From contig JAGBXX010000006.1 of assembly GCA_017629035.1 (NCBI GenBank), positions 22,227 through 86,226 on the forward strand: 64,000 nt of DNA, given 5' to 3'. A model generated the notes under the pieces. The model saw nothing but the letters and a program-made list of their open reading frames with translations, made no database searches and had not been told where the DNA came from. The DNA is from Alistipes sp. (GTDB taxonomy: Bacteria > Bacteroidota > Bacteroidia > Bacteroidales > Rikenellaceae). A program made the position numbers and the translations under genes. Of the stretch, positions 53,132-61,858 are shown piece after piece (the first letter of the stretch is position 1; the number at the start of each line of letters is the position of its first letter).

Positions 53132-53486
53132 TGGTTACATCAGTTTTCTGTTACACAAAAGTTGTTTTGGGCAAAGATAACAAAATTTTCGATACATACA
53201 TCACGCCCGTTCAAAGATTTCGACTGGCAATAATTTGAACTAAATGGTATGTTCAACCCCTATTTTGGGCGTTTCACCTATTTTTTCACTCTATAATTGC
53301 TTAAAATTGCGAGAAAATCACTATCTTGCGCAAAAATAAAATAGATAACAAGGTATAGAAAATGTAAGTCACTGAATACCAACACACCATTTTGCTGCGT
53401 TAGGTATCTGGAGCAAGCGACAAGACTTAGCAAATTTTATACTTATACAACATGAGAATAATTATTAACTAACACTTATTGAACAC

Positions 53487-53969
53487 ATGAAAAAGTTTTT
53501 GTTTTTGATGGTTGCCCTTCTTGTGGGCTTCACAGCTTCAGCTCAGTCACTTCCAGACGTTAAGGTTGAGAACCAGGAGGGTAAGTTGGTTTCTATCAAG
53601 GAGCTCGCTGATGGCACTCCAATGATCATCTCATTCTGGGCTACTACATGCAAGCCATGTATCATGGAGCTCAACGCTATCAACGACTATCTTCCAGAGT
53701 GGTTGGAGGAGGTAGAGTTCAAGGTAGTTGCAGTATCTGTTGACGACGCTCGTTCAGTTAGCCGTGCTCGCAGCATGACATCTGGTAACGGTTGGGACGA
53801 CTACATTTGCCTCTACGACAAGAACCAGGATCTCAAGCGTGCTATGAACGTGAGCCTTACTCCACACACATTCGTTGTTGATGGCAATGGCAATATCGTA
53901 GCATCACACTCTGGCTACACTCCAGGTAGCGAGCAGAAGCTCTTCGAGGAGATCAAGGCTATTAAATAA
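53487..53969 (+). CDS. TlpA-family thiol-disulfide oxidoreductase, exported
   Basis: Signal peptide ending ASA/Q, FWATTCKPC, VAVSVD, cis-Pro loop TPHTF. Confidence 0.9.
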   Translation: MKKFLFLMVALLVGFTASAQSLPDVKVENQEGKLVSIKELADGTPMIISFWATTCKPCIMELNAINDYLPEWLEEVEFKVVAVSVDDARSVSRARSMTSGNGWDDYICLYDKNQDLKRAMNVSLTPHTFVVDGNGNIVASHSGYTPGSEQKLFEEIKAIK

Positions 53970-53993
53970 TTTAGACCAAATAACTATGGTATA

Positions 53994-54019
53994 GGGAGTT
54001 GCAGGCATCTGCAACTCCC
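53994..54019 (+). other. Intra-operonic perfect 11-bp stem-loop without U-tract
   Basis: gggagttgcag-gcat-ctgcaactccc. Confidence 0.7.
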
Positions 54020-54046
54020 GTTGTGCCAAAATATAAACTTTCCGGA

Positions 54047-55777
54047 ATGAAGAAATTTTTACTTTTTATCAGCCTTTTTGCCGTTGCATCGCTCACATCG
54101 AACGAGGCCTCTGCACAGATCAAGGCTGGCGAGGGTCAGGTGACTATCGCCTTGGAGAGCAACAGCTCTTACTATACTAAGGATAAGACCCTCGAGGATA
54201 TTGGTCTTGTCGTTCCAGAGAAGCGTATTCGTGGCAACTTTGGTTCGAACGACTACCTCAAGGTAGACTACTCACTCGGTCGCTTCTCGGTAGGCGTTCA
54301 GGTCGATGGTTACCTTCCTGGCTTGTATGGCTACGACTTCTACGACTACTGCCTGCGCGATTCAAAGCTCAATATGTTCCTCTCAAAGTATGTTCAGTGG
54401 GAGGGTCAGAACTGGGGCGTTCGTCTTGGCGACTTGTTCGATCAGTTTGGTAACGGTTATATCTTCCGTGCTTACGAGGATCGTGCCTTGGGCTTCAATA
54501 ACTCACTCGCAGGTGCTCGTGTTCACTACAACTACAACAACATGGTGAGCTTCAAGGCATTGGCAGGCCTACCACGCCTCTACGACGTACGTTCTAAGAG
54601 CACTGTTTGGGGTGCTGACCTCGCACTCTCAATCTCAGATATGATTGGTTGGAACAATGGTATCATTGGCATCGAGGGTAGCTATGTAGGTCGCTACCAG
54701 AAGGATGCAGCTATCAAGTTCCCTGTTGAGGGTGGCATGTTCAAGGGTGTTGACAACGACATTCTCAACATGGTTTCAGGTCGTTTGAACTTTGAGTTGG
54801 CAGGTTTCTCACTCCGTGGTGAGTATGCAGCAAAGCTCAACGAGGATATCTACAACCCTACAAAGGATGCTGCTAAGGGCAATGTTATTAGCCTTGACCT
54901 TGGTTACAACTACAAGCGCTTCTCTGCTTCTGCAACATTCCGTCGTCAGCAGAACATGACAACATTCATCGAGTACCGTCCAATGGGTATCGGTGGTGGT
55001 AACTCAATGACATACCTCCCATTGCTCACTCGTCAGCACACCTACTCACTTGCTAACCTCAACCCATACCGTGGTTCAAGCGTTCACACAGGTGGTGAGG
55101 TAGGTGGTCAGATCGACTTGTACTACTCATTGCGTAACCCTAAGGCTCGTGGCAAGTACTGGAACTTCCACGCTAACTTCTCGATGTTCAACACTCTCGA
55201 CCACTACAGCAAGATGGCTAACATGGAGATGAAGGGTCGCAACGTGTGGATCGACGCTAACTTCGACGTAGAGCGCCAGTGGAACCGTCAGCTCAAGACT
55301 ACATTCCTCTACTCATTCCAGCGTTGGGACGAGGAGATCAACCACTTTGATAGCCCTCACGCACACTACTGCCGCTCACACATCTTCGTTGGCGACGTAA
55401 CATACAAGTTCAACAAGAAGCACTCTATGCGTGCTGAGCTTCAGTACCTTGCATCGAACGACTACGAGGGTGACTGGGTTGCTGCAACTCTTGAGTACAA
55501 CCTCGCACCTATGTTCAGCTTCTACGTGAGCGATATGTGGAACTGCGAGAAGATGCAGGATGGTGCATACGGTAACTACTTCATGGATGTAAACACCTAT
55601 GAGTATCGCCACGAGTTGTTGCACTACTACCAGGTTGGTGCAAGCTTCACATACAACAGCTTCCGTGCACAGCTCTCTTATGGCCGTAACCGTGCTGGTT
55701 ATGTATGCTCTGGTGGTGTTTGCCGCTTCCAGCCAGCTTACACAGGTGTGAACCTCACTATGACTCTTTCATTCTAA
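54047..55777 (+). CDS. DUF6029-like outer-membrane beta-barrel protein
   Basis: Signal peptide, DQFGNGYIFRAYEDRALG, amphipathic strands, C-terminal GYVCSGGVCR and terminal Phe. ATG 54047. Confidence 0.8.
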   Translation: MKKFLLFISLFAVASLTSNEASAQIKAGEGQVTIALESNSSYYTKDKTLEDIGLVVPEKRIRGNFGSNDYLKVDYSLGRFSVGVQVDGYLPGLYGYDFYDYCLRDSKLNMFLSKYVQWEGQNWGVRLGDLFDQFGNGYIFRAYEDRALGFNNSLAGARVHYNYNNMVSFKALAGLPRLYDVRSKSTVWGADLALSISDMIGWNNGIIGIEGSYVGRYQKDAAIKFPVEGGMFKGVDNDILNMVSGRLNFELAGFSLRGEYAAKLNEDIYNPTKDAAKGNVISLDLGYNYKRFSASATFRRQQNMTTFIEYRPMGIGGGNSMTYLPLLTRQHTYSLANLNPYRGSSVHTGGEVGGQIDLYYSLRNPKARGKYWNFHANFSMFNTLDHYSKMANMEMKGRNVWIDANFDVERQWNRQLKTTFLYSFQRWDEEINHFDSPHAHYCRSHIFVGDVTYKFNKKHSMRAELQYLASNDYEGDWVAATLEYNLAPMFSFYVSDMWNCEKMQDGAYGNYFMDVNTYEYRHELLHYYQVGASFTYNSFRAQLSYGRNRAGYVCSGGVCRFQPAYTGVNLTMTLSF

Positions 55778-55795
55778 TAATTGAGAATAGAATTT

Positions 55796-56878
55796 ATGAA
55801 GCTTACTAAATTTTTCGCTTTGGCACTCGCTGCACTTGCGTTTGTTGGCTGCACTGACAAACCTGAGGACGAGCAGCACAAGCCAACTGGCGAGGCAGTA
55901 CTCACAGCCAACAACAGCTCGATCGAGGTAAACACCCCTATTGAGTTTACTGTGACTGCAACCGACGGTACTGACCTCACTGCCGAGGCTATCATCTTCG
56001 ACAAGTCGCACGACTATGTCGAGGTGCCAAACCCATTCACGCCAACAATGGATGGCGAGTATGTGTTCTACGCTGTTATTGACAACATCATCACCCCAAC
56101 AATCAAGGTAGATGTTGTGCCTACTATCCCTGCATTGCCCGAGGATAGCGAGCCTGAGAATACACAGTTCAACCACCGCATATTGCTCGTTGACCACACA
56201 GGTAACACTTGCGGCTACTGCCCTCAGATGATGAAGGCACTCAAGAGTGTTGCTGAGACTGGCGACTACCACTCTAAGTACTACGAGGCTATGGCTCACA
56301 CATACTCTAACGGTGACCCTGCATACTCGGGTGCTGCAAGCGTGGTATCTAACCACCACGGTGTAAGTTCATACCCTACACTCACCTACAACTTCTACCA
56401 CACAACTCAGTCGAGCTACAACGATGCTCACATCATGAGCCAGATCGACGCTTTGTGGAAGGCTGAGGGTGCTGATGCAGGTATCGCCGCTGCTGCAAGC
56501 CTCGCTTCAACATCGGTTATCGTGAACACTGAGGTTAAGGCTGCTGTTGCCAACGAGTACCGCATCACTGCGTGGTTGTTGGAGGATGGTATCTACGCTA
56601 AGCAGACTAACGGCACCGAGGAGTGGATGAACACTCACGACAATGCTATCCGTCAGCGTGTAACAAGCGAAGAAATCTCAGGTATCGATCTTGGTGCTTT
56701 GGAGGTTGGCCAGACTAAGTCTACGGCTCTCACCCTCAAGATTATCGGCAACAAGTGGGTACGTGAGAACCTCAAGGTTATGGTTATCGTGAGCGCTAAG
56801 AATAGCAAGGGTAAGTTCGATGTTGCCAACGTGGCAATCTGCCCTATCGACGACACCGTAACTTACGATTATAAGTAA
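55796..56878 (+). CDS. Omp28-related lipoprotein (Ig-like domain plus CxxC domain)
   Basis: Lipobox FVGC, LLVDHTGNTCGYCP, SSYPT, WLLEDGI, HDNAIR. ATG 55796. Confidence 0.8.
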   Translation: MKLTKFFALALAALAFVGCTDKPEDEQHKPTGEAVLTANNSSIEVNTPIEFTVTATDGTDLTAEAIIFDKSHDYVEVPNPFTPTMDGEYVFYAVIDNIITPTIKVDVVPTIPALPEDSEPENTQFNHRILLVDHTGNTCGYCPQMMKALKSVAETGDYHSKYYEAMAHTYSNGDPAYSGAASVVSNHHGVSSYPTLTYNFYHTTQSSYNDAHIMSQIDALWKAEGADAGIAAAASLASTSVIVNTEVKAAVANEYRITAWLLEDGIYAKQTNGTEEWMNTHDNAIRQRVTSEEISGIDLGALEVGQTKSTALTLKIIGNKWVRENLKVMVIVSAKNSKGKFDVANVAICPIDDTVTYDYK

Positions 56879-56916
56879 TAAACTATTCATTTTATAACTT
56901 AAAACATTTTACAACT

Positions 56917-58023
56917 ATGAAACTTACAAAGTTTTTTGCATTTGCGCTCGCTGCGCTTGCATTCGTTAGCTGTACTGACAAGCCACAGGATGAGCCAACA
57001 CCTCCACCTCCACATCCTACAGGTGACATCACTCTTGCTGCAGATAAGACAGCTGTAGAGATGGGTGGCACTGTAACATTCACTGTTACTGACGCTGAGG
57101 GTCAGGATGTTACATCACAGGCTAAGATCTACGACGCAGATTTCAACCAGGTAGAGCCACAGATTACTTTCAACGAGTCTGGTAAGTACGAGTTCTTCGC
57201 AACTCTCGGTTCAAAGAACTCTAACTATGTTACTATCGTTGTTATGGCTGACGTTCCAGTTGTTCCAACTGACCCACAGCCAGAGAACTTCGTGTTCAAC
57301 CACCGTGGTCTTGTAATCGATCAGACAGGTGTTAACTGCGGTTACTGCCCAAATGCAACTGATCAGCTCAAGACTTTGGAGAACACTGAGTGGCACAAGT
57401 ACTACAACGAGGTAACTTGCCACGCTGGTTCATACGCTGGTGGCGACCCAGGTAACTCAGCTGCTGCTAACGCTCTCAACCAGTTCCAGGGCAGCATGAT
57501 CTCAGGTTACCCATGTATCTTGGTTAACTTCTACGGCAAGCCAAACAGCTACGGTTACAACGATATCATCAAGGTTCTCCAGAACTACATTCAGAAGAAT
57601 GGTGTTGACGTAGGTATCTCATTGGCTGTTTCAGGTGACGAGAGCTGCGTTTACGCTGCTGCTCAGATCAAGTCTGGTTCTGCTAAGGAGTACAAGGTTA
57701 CTGCTTGGTTGCTCGAGAGCGGTATCTACAGCCCAAATCAGTCAGGTGCTACTAAGGACTACCACAAGATCTACAACAACGCTCTTCGTAACATGTCTCA
57801 CCAGTACTCTAAGACAAACGTTCAGGGTGATGCTTGCACATTCGAGGCTAACGAGACTCGCGACTTCGCATTCGAGCTTCCTATCGTATCTAACAAGTGG
57901 AACTATGAGAACATGTCAGTTCTCGTGATCGTTTCTGCTAAGGATGCTAACGGCCGTTGGGAGGTTGCTAACTCAGCAGTATGTAAGATCAACGAGTCTA
58001 AGGAGTTTGAGTACGAGTTGTAA
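56917..58023 (+). CDS. Omp28-related lipoprotein, tandem paralogue
   Basis: Lipobox FVSC, IDQTGVNCGYCP, SGYPC, WLLESGI, YNNALR. Confidence 0.8.
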   Translation: MKLTKFFAFALAALAFVSCTDKPQDEPTPPPPHPTGDITLAADKTAVEMGGTVTFTVTDAEGQDVTSQAKIYDADFNQVEPQITFNESGKYEFFATLGSKNSNYVTIVVMADVPVVPTDPQPENFVFNHRGLVIDQTGVNCGYCPNATDQLKTLENTEWHKYYNEVTCHAGSYAGGDPGNSAAANALNQFQGSMISGYPCILVNFYGKPNSYGYNDIIKVLQNYIQKNGVDVGISLAVSGDESCVYAAAQIKSGSAKEYKVTAWLLESGIYSPNQSGATKDYHKIYNNALRNMSHQYSKTNVQGDACTFEANETRDFAFELPIVSNKWNYENMSVLVIVSAKDANGRWEVANSAVCKINESKEFEYEL

Positions 58024-58046
58024 TCAACACCTTAGTTCTATAACAG

Positions 58047-58078
58047 AGGCTGTCACTACGTGTGACAGCCTTTTTTTT
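58047..58078 (+). terminator. Rho-independent terminator of the CxxC operon
   Basis: aggctgtcac-tacgt-gtgacagcct followed by a T-run. Confidence 0.88.
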
Positions 58079-58140
58079 GCTCACTCACCATTGCGCAGTC
58101 CGAGGAAAGAGTTAACTTTGCACTATATAAATATATAGGT

Positions 58141-59733
58141 ATGCTACATCGTTTCTCCTGCGATATCCGAGATATCGAGCTGCCAAGGCAGTTCACCTAC
58201 CCCTTCCACTACACGCCCCACCCTCTCTCGGTGCGTGCCACAGAGGATGTGCAACGCTACATAGCTGCACACGAGGAGTGGCACGAGGAGCTCAGCGAGG
58301 GTAAGATGTTTGGTGTCCTCGTCGTAGAGCAGGAGGGCGAGCTCGGCTTCCTTGCCGCATACTCGGGCAACTTGGCGGGCAGAAACGACCACGACTACTT
58401 CGTACCTGCCGTCTACGATATGCTGCGCCCCGACGACTTCTTCAAACTCGAGGAGGCAAATATCTCGGCTATCAACGAGCAGATAAGCCAGCTAGAGTCG
58501 AGCGAGGAGCTGCGTGAAGTAAGGTGCAATGTGCAACGTGCACAGGAGAGATACGAACAACGTCTTGAGGCAATAAAGATAGCCCTTGCAAGGGGTAAGG
58601 CGGAGCGCAACAGACTACGTGAGGAGGGTAACGTCGACGAGCAGAGTCTAATCCTACAATCGCAGCACGAGAAGGCCGAGGCGACACGTGAGAGGCGAGC
58701 ACTCAAGATAGAGATGGATAGCCTCACATCACACCTTACCCAGCTACAAGCCACTATCGAGGAGCTTAAGCTCGAGAGGCAACGTCGCTCAGCAAAGCTT
58801 CAGATGAGGCTCTTCGAGCAGTTCCGCATGCTCAACATAGAGCTTAAGGAGCGTGACCTATGCTCGATATTTGCACCCACAGCTCAGCAGATACCACCTG
58901 CGGGTGCTGGCGAGTGTGCAGCACCAAAGTTGCTCCAATATGCATTCAAGCATGGCATGCGCCCAATATGCATGGCCGAGTTCTGGTGGGGTAACTCCCC
59001 CCGTGGCGAGGTGCGCCAGCATGGCTCGTTCTACCCCGCCTGCAACGGCAAGTGCAAGCCTATATTGGAGCACATGCTCCAGGGCCTCGACGTAGAGCCC
59101 AACCCGCTCATGGAGATTGCACCACCCGAGCCAAAGATATTGTGGGAGGATGAGTCGATAGTTGTGATCGACAAACCAAGTGGCATGCTCTCGGTGCGTG
59201 GTAAGTCGGGCGTACGCTCAGCCGAAGAGTGGGCCGTGGAGCGCTACGCAGGTGCTATGATCGTACACCGCCTCGACCAGTCGACATCGGGAATACTCTT
59301 AATAGCCAAGAACAAAGAGGCGCACGAGGCACTGCAGAAACAGTTTATATCTCGCACCGTGACTAAGAGTTATGTGGCACTTGTCGAGGGCATTGTCAGC
59401 GAGCCCCAGGGCGAGATACGCCTACCCCTGAAACTCGACTACGACAACCGTCCTCGCCAGATGGTGGCCTCGGATGGTCGTGCGGCACACACAATATTCA
59501 AGGTCGAGGGCTATGCAGAGGGTCGCACACGCATACGCTTCTACCCCATCACGGGCCGCACTCACCAGCTGCGTGTACACGCTGCACACTCTGAGGGCCT
59601 GGGCACTCCAATCGTAGGAGATGACATATATGGCAAGAGCGCCGAGCGACTAATGCTTCACGCCGAGACGATAGAGTTCACCCACCCCACAACGGGCAGG
59701 CGCATAAAACTCGAGAGCAAGGCCGAGTTCTAA
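58141..59733 (+). CDS. RluA-family pseudouridine synthase with long N-terminal extension
   Basis: KPSGMLS, HRLD, TGRTHQLRVH, IVGD, LMLHA; -7 box TAACTTTG at 58113-58120. Confidence 0.92.
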   Translation: MLHRFSCDIRDIELPRQFTYPFHYTPHPLSVRATEDVQRYIAAHEEWHEELSEGKMFGVLVVEQEGELGFLAAYSGNLAGRNDHDYFVPAVYDMLRPDDFFKLEEANISAINEQISQLESSEELREVRCNVQRAQERYEQRLEAIKIALARGKAERNRLREEGNVDEQSLILQSQHEKAEATRERRALKIEMDSLTSHLTQLQATIEELKLERQRRSAKLQMRLFEQFRMLNIELKERDLCSIFAPTAQQIPPAGAGECAAPKLLQYAFKHGMRPICMAEFWWGNSPRGEVRQHGSFYPACNGKCKPILEHMLQGLDVEPNPLMEIAPPEPKILWEDESIVVIDKPSGMLSVRGKSGVRSAEEWAVERYAGAMIVHRLDQSTSGILLIAKNKEAHEALQKQFISRTVTKSYVALVEGIVSEPQGEIRLPLKLDYDNRPRQMVASDGRAAHTIFKVEGYAEGRTRIRFYPITGRTHQLRVHAAHSEGLGTPIVGDDIYGKSAERLMLHAETIEFTHPTTGRRIKLESKAEF

Positions 59734-59738
59734 ACAAC

Positions 59739-59769
59739 AGAGGCTGCCATCCCACGGATGACAGCCTCT
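59739..59769. terminator. Hairpin between convergent rluA-like gene and clpX
   Basis: agaggctgccatcc-cac-ggatgacagcctct. Confidence 0.75.
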
Positions 59770-59792
59770 ATTATATAATATAGGTATAGGTG

Positions 59793-61064
59793 CTACGCCT
59801 TGATGAATGCACCCTTCTCAACCTTCTCACGTGCATAGTCGAGCGTGATTCTAAACTCACCCTCGCCCTGTGGCAGGTCGAACATTACATCCATCATGAT
59901 TGCCTCGCAGATAGAGCGCAAGCCTCGAGCACCAAGCTTATACTCCAACGCCTTGTCAACGATATAGTCAAGAACATCGTCGTCGAACTTGAGCTCGATA
60001 TTATCCAGACGCATCAAGCACTCGTACTGGCGTATGATAGAGTTCTTAGGCTCTGTGAGGATTGAGCGCAACGCCTCACGGCTAAGTGGCTCCATGAACG
60101 TGAGCACCGGAAGACGACCAATAAGCTCGGGGATAAGTCCGAAGCTGCGCAAGTCCTGAGGCAGAATATAAGACATGATACTCTTCTCGTCGATACGCTG
60201 CTTGATTGACGAGCCGTAGCCTATGGCATTGGTATTCAGACGCTGTGCGATCTTCTTCTCAATGCCATCGAACGCACCACCGCAGATAAAGAGGATATTG
60301 GCAGTGTTAACCTGGATATACTTCTGGTCGGGGTGCTTACGACCACCCTGGGGTGGCACGTTGACAACCGAGCCCTCGAGAATCTTGAGCAGAGCCTGCT
60401 GCACACCCTCGCCCGAGACATCACGAGTGATTGAAGGGTTGTCGCCCTTGCGTGCAATCTTATCTACCTCGTCGATGAAGATGATACCTCGCTCGGCAGC
60501 CTCGACGTCGTAGTCGGCAGCCTGTAACAGGCGTGACAATATGCTCTCAACATCCTCACCCACGTAGCCCGCCTCGGTGAGTGCCGTAGCGTCGACAATA
60601 GTAAATGGGACATTCAGCAGACGTGCTATGGTGCGTGCCAACAGGGTCTTACCCGTACCCGTAGGACCTACAAGCACGATATTCGACTTATCGAGCTCCA
60701 CATCCTCGGCCTTGCCCTTATTAAGGAGTCGCTTATAGTGGTTATACACCGCCACTGACATGTAGCGCTTAGCTGCATCCTGGCCAATGACATACTGATC
60801 CAAGAAGCTCTTGATATCTGCTGGGCGCATGACATCATCCTTGCTAAGAGGCTTAAACTTACTCTTGCACTTAGAGGCCTTAGACTTATTTGCAGCAACA
60901 AGCTCATGCTCTACGAGCAACTCGTAGCCATGCTCTATACAGCTGCTGCATATCATCGAGCCATCAGCGCCGTTGAACATTAGTGGTGCCTGCTCTGCAG
61001 GAGTACCACAAAACGAGCATACTCCACCCTTGTGCTCTCCACCCTTACGTGATTTCTGTGTCAT
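59793..61064 (-). CDS. clpX: ATP-dependent Clp protease ATPase subunit
   Basis: CSFC zinc finger, [33 protein letters not shown] loop. Confidence 0.98.
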   Translation of the reverse strand: MTQKSRKGGEHKGGVCSFCGTPAEQAPLMFNGADGSMICSSCIEHGYELLVEHELVAANKSKASKCKSKFKPLSKDDVMRPADIKSFLDQYVIGQDAAKRYMSVAVYNHYKRLLNKGKAEDVELDKSNIVLVGPTGTGKTLLARTIARLLNVPFTIVDATALTEAGYVGEDVESILSRLLQAADYDVEAAERGIIFIDEVDKIARKGDNPSITRDVSGEGVQQALLKILEGSVVNVPPQGGRKHPDQKYIQVNTANILFICGGAFDGIEKKIAQRLNTNAIGYGSSIKQRIDEKSIMSYILPQDLRSFGLIPELIGRLPVLTFMEPLSREALRSILTEPKNSIIRQYECLMRLDNIELKFDDDVLDYIVDKALEYKLGARGLRSICEAIMMDVMFDLPQGEGEFRITLDYAREKVEKGAFIKA

Positions 61065-61077
61065 CTAACTCAATGGT

Positions 61078-61743
61078 TTACTTACGCTTTGAAAGTACAT
61101 TATCAATGAGGCCATACTCCTGAGCCTCGGCAGCTGTGAGCCAGTAGTCACGGTCAGCATCGGCAGCAATCTTCTCGACGCACACGCCCGAGTGGTGCGA
61201 CAAGATATCGTAGAGCTCACGCTTAGTCTTAGCAATCTCGCGCGCCGTAATCTCGATATCCGAAGCCTGACCCTGAACACCGCCGAGTGGCTGGTGGATC
61301 ATAACTCGTGAGTGTGGCAATGCCGAACGCTTGCCCTGGGCACCTGCTGTAAGAAGCACTGCACCCATCGACGCAGCCATGCCTGTACAGATTGTAGCCA
61401 CGTCGCACGAGATGAGCTGCATGGTGTCGTAGATACCCAAACCTGCTGATACAGAGCCGCCTGGCGAGTTAATATAGAGCTGAACATCCTTATCTGCGTC
61501 GACAGACTCAAGGAACAAAAGTTGGGCCTGGATGATATTTGCTGCATCGTCGTAGATAGGTGCACCGAGGAAGATGATGCGGTCCATCATAAGACGTGAG
61601 AATACATCCATAGCTGCAACATTGAGCTTGCGCTCCTCGATAATCGTTGGCGACACGTAGCCCGACTGAGCACGGAAGTCGTGCAAGGTCATAGAGTTAA
61701 TGCCGCAGTGAAGACGTGCAAATTTATCAAATTCTTTCATCAT
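61078..61743 (-). CDS. clpP: Clp protease proteolytic subunit
   Basis: YINSPGG, AASMG, MIHQP, DRD. Confidence 0.98.
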   Translation of the reverse strand: MMKEFDKFARLHCGINSMTLHDFRAQSGYVSPTIIEERKLNVAAMDVFSRLMMDRIIFLGAPIYDDAANIIQAQLLFLESVDADKDVQLYINSPGGSVSAGLGIYDTMQLISCDVATICTGMAASMGAVLLTAGAQGKRSALPHSRVMIHQPLGGVQGQASDIEITAREIAKTKRELYDILSHHSGVCVEKIAADADRDYWLTAAEAQEYGLIDNVLSKRK

Positions 61744-61776
61744 CAAATAGTTGTTATACTCTGTAATGAAAACTCT

Positions 61777-61815
61777 AAAAAAGACGAATCCCGAGCTCTG
61801 GGCACAGGATTCGTC
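61777..61815 (-). terminator. Terminator-like hairpin between tig and clpP
   Basis: gacgaatcc/ggattcgtc stem followed by U6 on the minus strand. Confidence 0.65.
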
Positions 61816-61858
61816 GACAATATGCTAAAATGCTTAAAAGCTATAGTAAGGGGCTAGA

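Noticed and set aside
53225-53240. Sigma-54 promoter TGGCAATAATTTGAA upstream of the CxxC operon
   Set aside because: GG-to-G spacing is one base short of the strict -24/-12 geometry and the GC is absent.
53360-53440. Riboswitch in the roughly 150-nt leader of the tlpA operon
   Set aside because: Only short imperfect pairings (taagtc/gactta, atacc/ggtat); no recognisable aptamer or terminator.
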